The notes under the pieces are model-generated. The model was not told the DNA's origin, made no database searches, and saw only the letters and a program-made list of their open reading frames with translations. A program made the position numbers and the translations under genes. Positions 1 to 11,782 of a stretch of DNA of 64,000 nt are shown here, piece by piece. Each line of letters starts with the position of its first letter. Position 1 is the stretch's first letter. Source of the DNA: Octopus bimaculoides (taxonomy: Eukaryota); contig NC_068981.1 of NCBI RefSeq assembly GCF_001194135.2, positions 99,881,214 to 99,945,213 of the forward strand, read 5' to 3'.

Positions 1-47
1 ATGAATTCTGGGTGATTAGAATATAACGTAGCATGAATTTAGGAAGC

Positions 48-276
48 TTAGAAAATGAATAAGCATGAATTTAAGACAACAACTGAATTCAATTGAATTT
101 CATGGAGAGAAACAAGATAAATAATAGGGGGCAAACTAAAGCGCGAAGGTATTATGAGATGTTTGAGGCCGTAAATAAATAAAAAAATCTCTATCTTATC
201 TGCATCTTGGATATTTCGTTGTAGTATGTCAGCGAGATAATTTAGAATGGGTTTCTCATTTATATATAGCCAGAAC
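48..276 (-). CDS. Weak candidate downstream or terminal exon: FWLYINEKPILNYLADILQRNIQDADKIE...stop
   Basis: Acceptor tttttccttaaggtcttcag|G, phase 2 compatible (GT+G = Val), open for 75 codons to TAA at 50-48, CpG-retaining. The distal half looks low-complexity and there is no internal donor. Confidence 0.2.
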
Positions 277-330
277 CTGAAGACCTTAAGGAAAAACTAC
301 GAAGGAGAGAGAGAGGATGGAGGGGTAGAC

Positions 331-1192
331 AATAATAATTTCAAATTTCGGCACAAGACCAGCAATTTCAAGGAGAGGGGGGAGTCGACTAAGCTGATCC
401 CAGTACTTGACTGGTACTTATTTTATTGACCCTGGAAGGATGAAAGGTAAAGTTGACCTTGGCAGAATTTGAACTCAGAATGTGAAGATAAGCAAAATGC
501 CACTAAGCATTTTGCCCGACATGGTTTTGCTAACAGTTCTGCCAGCTTGCTGCCTTCATATAATAATAATAATAATAATCCTTTCTTCTAAAGACACAAG
601 GTCTGGAATTTAGGGAAGGAGACTGCTTGATTACATCGACAACAGCATTTCACTGGTACTTAATTTATTGAACCCACAAGGATGAAAGCAAAGATGACCT
701 TGGCAGAATTTGAACTCAGAATGTAGCAGCAGATGAAATGCCGCTAAGCATTTAACCTGGCATGCTAACAATTCTGCCAGCTCACTGCATTATATAATAA
801 TAACACTTTCTACTACAGGCACAAGGACTGAAATTTTGGATGAAGTGGGTAGTTGATTACACTAGCATAGCGAGAGTGTGTGCTGCCTAGGGTGGTCCTT
901 CAATTTGCCACCGTCGGGACCCAACAAAAAATACATATTGCCTACAGCAGACCCAAGAGTAGTGCCACCCCCATAAAAGTGCTTCCCAGGGTGGACCATC
1001 CCCTTTGCCCCCCTCTAGCTATGCTAGTAGTTGATTACATTGACCCCAGTGCACAACTGGTGCTTATTTCATCAACCCCAAAAGAATGAACAGCAAAGTT
1101 GATCTTGGCAGAATTTGAACTCAGAAGCTAATGAGTCAGAAATGCTGCTAATCATTTGTCCACTATGTTAATGATTTTGCCAGCTCATCGCC
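331..1192 (-). mobile_element. Three consecutive copies of tRNA-derived SINE family B (about 331-556, 557-788, 795-1192), each with an (ATT)n-like tail
   Basis: Repeated block ggcacaagg..gattacatcgaccccag..ctggtactta..ggatgaaaggcaaagtcgacc..gaatttgaactcagaa..ctgccagc. On the minus strand the head has A-box and B-box (gagttcaaattc) features. The middle tcagcctttcatcc..ggtcgataaaataagtacc resembles the Meta-type conserved SINE domain from memory (unverified). Confidence 0.8.
862..1027. mobile_element. 166-bp MITE nested in a SINE-B copy
   Basis: TIR ctagcatagcgagag / ctctagctatgctag. Flanking direct repeat tagttgattaca at 850-861 and 1028-1039. Confidence 0.75.
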
Positions 1193-1399
1193 TTAACACC
1201 TCTGATAACAACACATTATAGTCTCATAATAGCCAAATTACTAATTGGTTTCGTACAAGAGGTTGAGAACTGATTCTAGTAACCATCAGAAATGGCTAAA
1301 AGGAATAATAGGGTGTGGCTCTTTGTCACTGGAGGCTTGAAAGTATCATATTTAGTTTGTATGTCTTACAGTTGCTGTAAAAAAACTGGAACAAAATCT

Positions 1400-1800
1400 G
1401 TGGAAAAAATCAAGGTCAAACACCCAAACCTAGAACAGAGACAAGTTGCACATTCAGATGCATTACCACATGCCCACTACAAAGCCAGTACAAAAACTGT
1501 TGTGTATGTTGTGGAGGTGAAGTCAAATGATACACATGTAAAGAAATACTTGGGCATGAGAAAAGGTCCCTTCAGAAACAAGATTTAATAACCATAAGTC
1601 TTCATTTAATATCCAAGAGAGATAAAATGTCATTAGCAAGGCACATATGGAGATAGAAGGAAAAAGCTGTGCATTACAACATCAAGTGGTGGATACCAGA
1701 AAAATGCAAACCTTACTCAGAAGGAGCAGACTCAGCTTGGCTGAGAAAATAATCATATCGAAGAACTTCCTTCACTCAAGCACCTATCTAAACTGTAAAA
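1400..1800 (+). mobile_element. Decayed Penelope-like element GIY-YIG endonuclease fragment
   Basis: Frameshifted translation VVYVVEVKSNDTHVKKYLGM..F..RFNNHKSSF...SLARHIW..K...YNIKW.I..KCKPYS....LSLAEK matches the PLE GIY-YIG C-terminal pattern. Confidence 0.7.
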
Positions 1801-2778
1801 GTTTTTGCTCCTTCTTAGTGATAGGTTATTAAGCAAACCTATGATTAAAAGCATTCTAGTAGTGTTTATCCTATCTTTTATTTATACACAGTGGACAGAA
1901 GACAATACTATTCAATGTGTCCTTCCCTTTTTTAAGATATTAGGGTGTGATTTGGGAATGATTAAGCTGCTATTGTCAGTGGATCAAGTTGCTTCAATTG
2001 ATGGGCCCTTGCTGGATTGTAAAACTATATTAGCAAAAGTGGTGGAAATTATGATATCAGCAATTTTAACTTTGTTACAAATATTTATTAGGTTAGTATA
2101 ACTGATATTACAGTTGATATAGGTTAATATTATATATTAGAATTTGTAAAATACTTATAGAGAAAGAAATAAGCTTATTTCAGCCTGCCAACACAAACCC
2201 AAATTTCATCTCAACTTCAAAAGACACTCTCTTGGTGTATATTGAATAACTTATGCCAAAGACCCCAATGATTACTTGAAATTGCAGCATGTGCAATTTT
2301 AAATCATTATATGTCATCTCTTCTCAATCTACTGATGTGTACAATCAAATGAAATGCCAGTTGGATGACAATGTGATACAGGTAATAATGTAATCCTGTT
2401 TCTCTTTATAAATAAACCATACTCTACACACTTTTAACACAAAGATGCACTGAGTACTTTTATGTTTATCATATAACACTGGTAGATCTCATATCATGTA
2501 TAACTTCTTCCAACTAAGCATAATCTAATTTTTCTAAGGAAGGAATATAGTTAGTTGATATATCATCAGTTTAAAATCAATATTATTCTATTGACTCTTA
2601 AAGGAACCAGTAAGAATTCAGCTCAGAATGTAGAAAGATGATACTCAATACTGTAATGCATTTTGTATTTAAATCTATTGTTTCTACTGATTCACCCAGC
2701 AAAAACTTTTGTAGGGAAGGATCATAAATGATTAAGTCAGCCTGTGTACATACATGAATGGTACTTATTTTATCAAAT

Positions 2779-3006
2779 TTAACCCTTTAGGAATCAAACT
2801 GGTCATATCAGGCCCAAATATTCTACTTGTTTTGTGTTCAAATTGACAAGATCTGGCCTCTCACAACTATCCTGTAATGTCATTCTAAAAGTAAACAATT
2901 ACATTATTGAAATATGAAAGCTATGAGATAATGCATGATTAGTTCAAAACAATTTGAATGAATAAGCACGATATGTGATACAGTCGTCGGAAGGCTAAGG
3001 GGTTAA
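2779..3006 (-). mobile_element. piggyBac-like MITE family 1 (~225 bp)
   Basis: Ends TTAA-CCCTTTAG / CTAAGGGG-TTAA. Homologous to copies at 6292, 11330, 12893 and 21038. Confidence 0.75.
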
Positions 3007-3164
3007 GGGAGTGTAGGACAAAGTTGAACCTCAAAGATGTTGAACTCAAAGGTAGAGATATGAAACTAAACACAATAAAGCATTTAGTCTACTTCTCAAA
3101 CATTACACCACCTTAGTTTTAGTAATTGATTATTTTTCATTCATATAGGTACAGGGATTATAGA

Positions 3165-3320
3165 TACAGGCATGCATGGCCATGTGGTTAAAAAGCTTGC
3201 TTCCCAATGAAATGGTCTGGGGTTGAGTCTTCTACCTTAGCCTTGAGCTGACCAAAGCCTTATGAGTAGATTTGTAGATGGAAACAGAAAGAAGTCCATT
3301 GTACATATGTATGTTTGTCT
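3165..3320 (+). mobile_element. Partial SINE family A (head and core)
   Basis: caggcatg..gtggttaaaaagcttgcttcccaa..gaccaaagccttatgagtagatttg. Confidence 0.6.
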
Positions 3321-3834
3321 GTCTATTTATGTGGGTGTGGCTGTGTCTCTTTTTCTTGACATTGCATGCTTGTAAATGTAAATTAAATTCATTTTCAACA
3401 TTTGGTGAAAATTTGTCTGATCATGAGTAAATATTACCTTGCTTGGTAATAGATAAGGGATGGTGATAGGAATGGAGGAAGGGCACAGAAAAGTGAATGT
3501 TAAAAGAATGATGATGATGATGGTGAGTGTTAAATATTCAACTCATGTATAAAAACATGGGCATTAAAAATAAAACAAATTTTATTAATGTTGATAAAGT
3601 AATAACCTATGACATTATTTTCCTGCTTTCTAAAACATTTTCAAGCTGCTGATATCCACTCATAAAAGTTCCTATATTTATGATGATGTTGGAATACTTA
3701 ATCAGAGTTAACCTTGATTGAGTCCTCTTAGACAGACTGCCTTTAATGCAGCTTGAGGAGTTCATGCCTCCTTTATTTCTTTCAAGAGTAATTGAAATAA
3801 ATGGCGATTGTGGAACCCCCCACACATGCACGCA

Positions 3835-3837
3835 CGC

Positions 3838-3878
<41 letters not shown>

Positions 3879-4140
3879 CACACACAGTATCACACATCAG
3901 ATGAAATGGACGTGTGTGTGTGTGTGACAGAGAGGGAGGGAGAGAGAGGGAGGGAGAGAGAGAGAGTGAGAGAGAGAGTGAGAGAGAGAGTGAGAGAGAG
4001 TGAGAGAGAGAGTGAGAGAGAGAGTGAGAGAGAGAGTGAGAGAGAAAGAGAGAGAGAGGTCATGTATACGTACATGCATAAATATGCATAGATCTTTGTG
4101 TGTGAGTGTGTGTGTGTGCGTGTGTATGAAAGAGAGAGAG
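3835..4140. repeat. Compound microsatellite: (CA)n, (GT)n, (GA)n/(GAGAGT)n
   Basis: Directly visible simple repeats. Confidence 0.95.
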
Positions 4141-4162
4141 AGAGTAAATACTACATGCACGC

Positions 4163-4415
4163 TATGTCAATACCGGAAGTTGACATTTCATCACAAGTAT
4201 GTAAGCATTTGGTACAAAAACGTCCAAATAGAGAGTGAAGCTTTGTGCCGTTGTTATGGCAATACCGGAAGTTGACATTGAGGAACCTTTTTAAAGAAGT
4301 GAATCATAAATATAAAGTAATATTATTTATTTTTAATAAAAAAAATCAAATGAAGAGGTCAAATTATTCATGCATCACAAGTATGGAAGTAAATGGTGAA
4401 GCCGTTTTCACGTGA
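4163..4415. promoter_or_regulatory. Putative cis-regulatory cluster: two ACCGGAAGT (ETS) motifs within a 25-bp direct repeat, plus a TCACGTGA E-box
   Basis: tatg(t/g)caataccggaagttgacatt at 4163-4187 and 4255-4279, TCACGTGA at 4408-4415, CpGs retained. Confidence 0.3.
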
Positions 4416-4468
4416 TAAGCGAACACACACATATCTCTATTTTATATATTAGAGAAGATAATACTAAC

Positions 4469-4573
4469 ACAAAGGAATCCCCTAATTGTGACATAAGATC
4501 TCTAGGTAAAGTAGTCAACATTGTTTCAAATTCAGATGGCTCTGTAATAGTTGAACAAGTTTCAGGTGTCTTT
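4469..4573 (-). CDS. Probable next coding exon (105 bp, phase 2-2): KTPETCSTITEPSEFETMLTTLPRDLMSQLGDSF
   Basis: Acceptor tcagtttttactgtaagtcatag|A and donor GT|GTTAGT. Phase matches the 9089 exon (GC+A = Ala) and the length is a multiple of 3. Confidence 0.5.
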
Positions 4574-5649
4574 CTATGACTTACAGTAAAAACTGACCAG
4601 TTACACACTCTCACTGTGATGGCTCATAACACTGAATTATTTAAGTTTGAACCCTTGATTGAGTATTCCAATTGTGACAGTCTCATTCTTCACTCAGACA
4701 CACTATAACTGGTACTAAATTGTCCAATGTCTCCTTCTTTTCTCTAAAAATCATTGGTTGTAATTTAAGAAGAAATTGGCAGCTATTTCTAAGAAGTTGA
4801 CTAATCATATAAAGCTTCATAAATTAAATAGCAACAGATTAAGTCTGAAAAATTATTATTTTGTCTTCTGTTTTATTTTATACTGCATTTTGTGAACTAT
4901 AACATCTTTGGGTATAGGTGCTTTTATAATGATTAGAAAGACAAGGAGCATCTATGTAACACAAGAGGAAAAAATGTACTTTAGTTCAAAAGTGCTGGTT
5001 TATCAATTTTCTTTATTAATGTTTACGTCTTTCACAAATATGCAATAGTAAAAAAATGCATGCACACACACAAACACACACACATTTATGTTAGAAAGAG
5101 AAGTGGGGAGAGAGAGTGTATATGTGTGTTTAATTTTTTATACAAATTTCTCTTGGTAGAATGGATATAGACACTGATATGGTGGCTAAAAATCTTGTTT
5201 TGCAATCACATTGTTCCAGATTCAATCCCACTGGGCAAATGGTTTTTTTTTTTTTTGCAGTGCCTTGTGAAGGGAATTTGGTAGATAGCAATTGCATGGA
5301 AACCCATAATGTGTGTGTGTGTACCTATCTATCTACCTGTCTATTTATCTGTCTATCTATCAATCTACATATATTTATGCACACACCTTTTGAGTGGAAT
5401 TTAGTATGCATAAACTGTGCATTGTTGTGTAGTTGCATCAAGGGATTGGTGCATAAAAGTGATTGATGACATCTACATAAAGGCTGTATGCATATACTGA
5501 GATGTAGTAACGTTATGTACTTACAATGGATGATATAATTGATCTTTGTTGTATTCCATTCAGGAAATTACAGATTCTAGATGTACTGGTGTCAATTATC
5601 ATCAACATACTGAATCAAAATGGGACATCTTAGTAATATTAGACATTAC

Positions 5650-7095
5650 TGGAAGTAGCTTAATTCTCTGTAGCTATGTTATAGATAGGTACTTGGTAAA
5701 ATATGAGCGAGCCATCACATTTTCAATTCATCTTTCAGACATAACTGCATCACTATTATTAATATCATACATCATATACCTAGAAGAAGCTCACATAGGA
5801 CCTGCCAAATAATAATGAAAATAATAATAATGAACTTGTTGTATACAATGCTCAGATGCACTACAACTCATCAGCAAAAGTAACCAAAACTGCATGAACA
5901 ATACATAGAATATGCACAGGAAGTGAATAATGAAAAAGTCTGAAAAATAAAAAGGAAGATATGGGGTTGTGGGGCATCAGGTGTACTGTTGGCAAATTTC
6001 AGGGAGCATGACGGATTTGAAGGATGTAATGTCTCAACAGCTAACAATTCATGCAGATAGTTTATTCTATGCTTCAGCAATTCTGAGCATGCAGAAATGT
6101 TTTCAAAAGTTAAAGATGCTGTTGTTGTTCCTTCGGTTCTGTAAGCACGTCTATGAGTGTTAGACATGTAGAATTCAAAAAGGTGCCCAAGGTTGTTGCT
6201 GGAAAGATGGTGGATAATCTCCATTACTTCACTTCTTCCCTTCTTACCAACAACACCAAAGATTCACTCACGTGAATCATAAGGCAAGAGCTTAACCCTT
6301 GAGCATTCATATTATTCTGTCAAAAGTAATGTTTATTTATTCACATGTTTTGAATTAATATTGCATTATCTTGTTGCTTTGAGATTTTGATGAAGTAACT
6401 ATTAATTATTAGAATGATATTGTAGGGTTGGTGTGAGGGGCCATATTAGACCAGTTTGAACATAAAGCAGATAGAATATTTGGGCCTGATATGGCCTGCT
6501 TAAATACTAAAGGGCTAATCCAATGTCCATCACATATAAGGGACAGAGATCACAAGACCCCTTCTGCTGAATGGACTGCTGGTCTGTCAGAGAGTTAACG
6601 TCCCAGCTATTGTTGGAACTCATTTACAACAAAGTGGACTGGAGAGCAACATGAAATGAAGTGTTTTGCTCCAGAAGGGAATTGAAACAATGATCTTACA
6701 ATCACGAGTGCAACACCCTAACCACTATGTCACATGCTTTCACAAGCAACACCAGAGAACATCACACTAAAAGAGATTAGTGGAAGTAACCTAACTCTCT
6801 GTAGCCATGTTATAGATGGGTATTTGGTAAAATATGAGAGAGCCATATTTTCAATTCATTTTCCAGACACAGTTGCATAATGATTGTTAACTATTGCTAA
6901 TATCATACGTCTAATACCTAGAAGAAGCTTACCTGCCAAATAATAATAATGAACTTATTGTATACAGTGCTCAGGTGCACTACAACTCATCAGCAAAAGT
7001 AACCAAAACTGCATGAACAATACATAGAATATGCACAGGAAGTGAATAGTGAAAGAGTCAGAAAAAAGAAAAGAAGAAATGGAATGGGGGCATCA
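5650..7095. repeat. Old local direct duplication of ~320 bp (5650-5980 and 6781-7095) including the end of an (ATT)n-tailed interspersed repeat
   Basis: Shared ggaagta..tctctgtagc..gaagaagct..cagcaaaagtaaccaaaactgcatgaacaatacatagaatatgcacaggaagtgaata. A related reverse copy of the tail lies at about 42040-42123. Confidence 0.85.
6292..6518 (+). mobile_element. piggyBac-like MITE family 1
   Basis: ttaacccttgagcatt...taaatactaaagggctaa, with the same interior as the other copies. Confidence 0.75.
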
Positions 7096-7309
7096 CTTCC
7101 TTCCAGCTTGGAATCACATTTCTCTAGATAGAATGAATGTAGGCCATTGTTATGTAGTTAAGAATTTTTTCTTAGCAACCACTTGGTTTGTGGGTTCAGT
7201 CCAACTGAACAATACTTTGGGCAAGTGTTTTCTACGACTGCCTTGGATTGATCTAATGCTTTGTAAGTGGAATTTGGCAGATATAAACTGATTGGAAGTT
7301 TATATTCTT

Positions 7310-7508
7310 TTATTCTTTTACTTGTTTCAGTCATTTGACTGCGGCCATGCTGGAGCACCACCTCAAAGGGTTTTAGTTGAAGAAATTGACCCAGGACTTA
7401 TATTTTGTAAGTCTAGTACCTATTCTATCAGTCTCTTTTGCTGAACTGCTAAGTTATGGGGGACATAAATACACCAGCATCTTTGTCAAGCAATGGTGGG
7501 AGGGGGGG

Positions 7509-7547
<39 letters not shown>

Positions 7548-7710
7548 GACAGGATTCTTCCAGTTTCCGTCCACCAAATCCACTGACAAGGTTTTGGCTG
7601 GACTGAGACAATAGTAGAAGACACTTGCCCAAGGTGCCATGCAATGGGACTGAACCTGGAACCATGTAGTTGGGAAGCAAGTTTCTTACCACACAGCCAT
7701 GCTCGCACCT
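7310..7710 (-). mobile_element. Full-length SINE family A (tRNA head, CORE-like middle, internal (TG)n, gagtaaaa-type tail)
   Basis: Reverse complement reads gcatggctgtgtggtaagaaacttgcttcccaac..ggttcagtccc..ggcaccttgggcaagtgtctt..ctccagcatggccgcagtcaaatgactgaaacaagtaaaag. Confidence 0.85.
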
Positions 7711-8092
7711 ACTGTATGTATATGTATATATGTATGTTCATATCTTTCACCAATATATGTTGGTGAAAGATGTAAAATATTGGTGACAAAACTGATAAAT
7801 CAGCATTTAAACAAAAATACCTATGTTGTGGTGTTCAAAAGTGTAGATAGTTATTTGTATTTTAGTTTATGAGAGGAAAGTTCTAAGTCTCCAGTGATGT
7901 AAATGGTAGTGAATTTGTACAGAAAACAAGAGATCTATGGTTTGATTCCATCAGTGGTTCATATTTTGATCTGTTGTTTACAAATGTATTACATTTAAAT
8001 CTGCTTCAATATGTAAATAGCATGCATAAAAGTATATGGTAAACAGTAGAACATGGGGAAAACTAGTGATCATCTGCATCAGCAAATAGTAA

Positions 8093-8123
<31 letters not shown>

Positions 8124-9088
8124 ACTTCAGACTACTCCTATTTTTATGATTTCAGGATATACAAATTTACACATATAAATATATTTAGGTGTTTGTGTGT
8201 GTGTGCACGCACAAATGCATGCACAGGATTGCTTGTGTATGATTAAAAAAAATTCTGATTAATACCACATAGGTATACAACTTGTATAACTTGTATTCCA
8301 ACATTTGCTGGAATACAAATGATATGAAAGAATTTTCTTTTACTGTTTTCTGTCCATTTTTCAACGCTCGCATAGGTGGGATGATTTATTTATATGCACG
8401 GTTTTCCCTTTTTTAACAACTCAACCATGATGTAAGAATGGAACAAGGTTTTGAACCAAGTATATTTAAAGGATGCACAGCCAATTACATTAGCAAGTAA
8501 TATTTAAATTTAGAAATGTTTTATCAGTTAACATGAAATTTGATATAAATATGTAACATAAATGAAATCAGTCATAAAATACAAGTAAAAGTTGTACATC
8601 AATATAAAATATAGCCCAGACCCACTTATGCATGTGCATACACATCATAAACTGTTGATTCAAGAAGGAATTTCTGGTGTGAAAACCAGAGTCTACAGAA
8701 ACTAGTTATGGTCTGCATTGGTAAAATGTATATAGTGATATAGTGAAATGTGTGAGATTGAATAACTTCAAAATTGTCGTCAGAAAAAAAATTCTCTTTG
8801 AAGTGTAATCTTAGATTTAGACCTGGAATAGAGCTAAACAACAAAAGCAGGCAACATTTTGAGCTAAACCAAGTCAGACATTGTAGCTTACATATCATAG
8901 CTAAGTGGTTGTGTGATGGTACCTTATCAACTCAGACATTTACACTCACCAACTCAAAATTATAGAAATAAGTCTCAGTTATACCATTTAGTGTATGATT
9001 TAGAGGCAATACTTAGAAATATTAATTAGTGCAGGCAGACAATAGACATTGGAAGCAGACTTAAAATGTATAATTCCAGAGTACTTAC

Positions 9089-9308
9089 GCAGACACATTC
9101 TCAAATGTTTGGTCGGTGGAGTCTTGTCGAGGTAAACTGACCTGATCACCCCAGGCAGATTGAGAACTCAGCAATGGAGATCTTCCGTACCCCATTTTTT
9201 TTAACCTGCTAGAATCCCGGCTAAATTTAGAAAATTTGAATGGAGAAAGTTGGTGTGCTGATATGGAAGTGTCTTTGCTACTCGACGACTCCAAGCTTGC
9301 CCGACGTC
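9089..9308 (-). CDS. Internal coding exon (220 bp, phase 1 to phase 2) of an unidentified Ser-rich protein: (G)RRASLESSSSKDTSISAHQLSPFKFSKFSRDSSRLKKMGYGRSPLLSSQSAWGDQVSLPRQDSTDQTFENVS(A)
   Basis: Minus strand shows a pyrimidine-rich acceptor ttctttttgtag|GACGT at 9308 and a consensus donor GC|GTAAGT at 9089. The frame is open across the whole exon, GC and CpG content are elevated versus flanks, and RRAS is a PKA-type motif. No family recognised. Confidence 0.72.
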
Positions 9309-10411
9309 CTACAAAAAGAAAGAGGAATCAAAGTTACACATAATACAAGTTACACCCTCTTGTGCACACATTTTAGAAATACAGTAAAAAAAAAAAAAAA
9401 GAAGAAATCCATAAATGTGGCAACAGATAAGCTACTGTAAAACAAGTCAGTAATGTATTCGAATTTCTAGTTGAAGTCATTTCTCTTCACCAACGCTGCT
9501 TCTACTCATCGGTAAAATATGTTCATTAGAGCATTTCTTGTACCTTATTTCTTCTTTGCTATAGATTTTTGTAATGGATCAATATTTGCATAAAAACAAA
9601 TTTTCAAATCTTGTGTAAGTTGTATTTAAAGACAAGTGCTTGGTTACATACAGTCTGCAATATCATTGGGTAATCATGCTTTATAAATCTCAAGGAAATG
9701 ATAAATTAAAGTTTTGATTGGATACAATTCCTCTTCATTTACATCAAGGAGGCATTTTCCTATAGGCATCAGTGATGTAAATGAAGAAGAATAATTACTA
9801 CTGGGGACTGAAAATAGATGACAAGTTTTATCCACTGGGAGTATAGTCTAAATTTCTGATGTTCTCCTGTTTAAATTCACATTTGAAATAAAAAGAAGTT
9901 AATTTATTTTAATACAAGTTTCTTGCATGGCCATTTGATAGAACTTGCAATAAAAGCTTCAGTTAATCTAAAGGACATGAATTTTTCATCTATACAGAAC
10001 AATCTTGCAGCTCTGAATATTTCAGTATGCTTTAGCTAGAACTGATTCAGCCATGGATAACTGTCGAGCATCAATATGCATATATTTCTACATGTTTATA
10101 TTTTGACATCATAAAATCAGAACACTTTATCCAAAAGTTATCATAGTTACAGTAAAATAGTAAAATGGAAGAAAAGGTTCAAGTGATTACAGACTGTTGC
10201 TGATGGAAGGATTGCCAATCAATAGTGATGGTCATTACACTGATGTTATTAATTTAAATCTCCAAAATATTTTAGTCTAGTAAATTGACAATAGTATTTG
10301 AAGTTTTTTAAAAATATGGAATTGATATAGTGGATATTATATAGGATGTTCATGCATTCAGGAAAAGACTGAACATTGTATCTTTTCACTTTTTTCAGTA
10401 TTTAGATATTC

Positions 10412-10985
10412 TTTCAAGTTCTGCTAAGGTTGACTTTGCCTTTCATCCTTCTGGGGTTGATAAAATAAGTATCAGTCAAACCTCGCCTCCAAAATTCCTG
10501 GCCTTGTGCTAAAATCTGAAACCAGTATTTAGATATTCTAAGGCAGTGAGTTTGCAGAATTGTTAGCATGCTGGGCAAAATGCTTAACATTATTTTGTCC
10601 GTCCTTACTTTCCGAGTTCAAATTCTGCTCAGGTCAACCTTGTCTTTCATTCTTTTGAGGTCGATAAAATAAAGTTCCAGTTGAACAGTAGGGTTAATCT
10701 AATTGACTTAGCCCTACCCCTGATATTGCTGACCTTGTGCCAAAATTTGAAACCAATATTTAGATATCCAAAGGTGGCAAGCTGGTAGAATCGTTAGCAT
10801 GGTGGGAAAAATGCTGAGTGGCATTTCTTCTGTTCTTGCATTCTGAGCTCAAATTCTAGTGAGGTCGACTTATCCTTTCATCCTTTCAGGGTCAATAAAA
10901 TAACACTGAACACTGAGGTTGATGTAAGCGACATACCTCCTCCACCAAACTTGCTGGCCTTGTGCCAAAATTTTAAACCAATATT
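10412..10985 (+). mobile_element. Head-to-tail array of three SINE-B copies (one 5'-truncated, two full)
   Basis: Copies at about 10412-10525, 10540-10757 and 10771-10982, separated by tatttagatattc. Confidence 0.85.
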
Positions 10986-11329
10986 TAGATATTCCACTAA
11001 ATACTTTACTTCCTTCTAGAAGTCTTACTGTTTACCCAACATTTCCAATCACATATATTTTTTATCATTCATTAATTTTATATCATAATTCATAAACAAC
11101 AACATCATTGGTTACAGATTTCCAACCAACTAGTGACTTTTTTACTGCATAACTGATATGTCAAGGAGAATAACTGAAGGTAGAGAAACTGCTGCATGAG
11201 GTGGTATAAAGTTGAAGAATTTGGAGAAGCAAAGGTCAGTGTAGTGAAATGGAAGATAAGGTTCAAGTAATTATAAACTGTTGGTAAGAGAAGAGTTGCC
11301 GATCAAGTAGAAAGATTATTTCATTGATG

Positions 11330-11557
11330 CTAATTCTTAGCATTCAGATTATTCAGTCAAATGTAATATTTATTTATTCACATTGTTTTGAATTAGTCAT
11401 GCATTATCTTGTAACTTCAAAGTTTTGATGTGACTGTTTATTTTTAGAATGGCATTGTTGGGTAGGTGTGAGAGGTTGAATCTGGACAGTTTGAACATAA
11501 AACAAGGTACAATATATTTGGGCCTGATTTTGGCTGGTTTAAATGTTAAAGGGTTAA
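11330..11557 (+). mobile_element. piggyBac-like MITE family 1
   Basis: Degenerate left end, right end aaatgttaaagggttaa. An empty paralogous site exists near 10255. Confidence 0.75.
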
Positions 11558-11671
11558 ATCTCCAAAAATATATTAGTTGAGTAAATTCATTATAATATTT
11601 GAACTTTTGCAAAGCATGGAATTGATTTAGTGAATATAAAACAAAAAATAGTTATCTATAGTCCGATAATA

Positions 11672-11782
11672 TTTCGGAATTACAATTCCTTCTTCAGATT
11701 TTCTTAGCTGGAGTCTCTGCTATAAAGCTTATAGCAGAGATTCCAGCTAAGAAGATCTGAAGAAGGAATTGTAATTCTGAAA
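11672..11782. repeat. 111-nt near-perfect inverted repeat (54-bp arms, 3-nt loop, 3 mismatches); each arm carries a hammerhead-like CTGAAGA..GAAA motif
   Basis: Left arm 11672-11725 is the reverse complement of 11729-11782 except for three transitions. Loop agc. Flanked by the direct repeat aaaaaatagtta (11643-11654, 11780-11791). Confidence 0.9.

Noticed and set aside
278-300. CTGAAGA-CCTTAAG-GAAA on the plus strand
   Set aside because: No coherent stem II, stem III or stem I; probably chance.
3607-3775. Minus-strand frame NKGGMNSSSCIKGSLSK... that is phase compatible with the 4469 exon
   Set aside because: Weak AAG acceptor and no convincing donor.
5830-5874. CTGATGA on the minus strand followed by a GTTGTA/TACAAC stem (also at about 6985)
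   Set aside because: No GAAA follows, and the related copy near 42070 reads tttgacaag, so the core is not a family feature.
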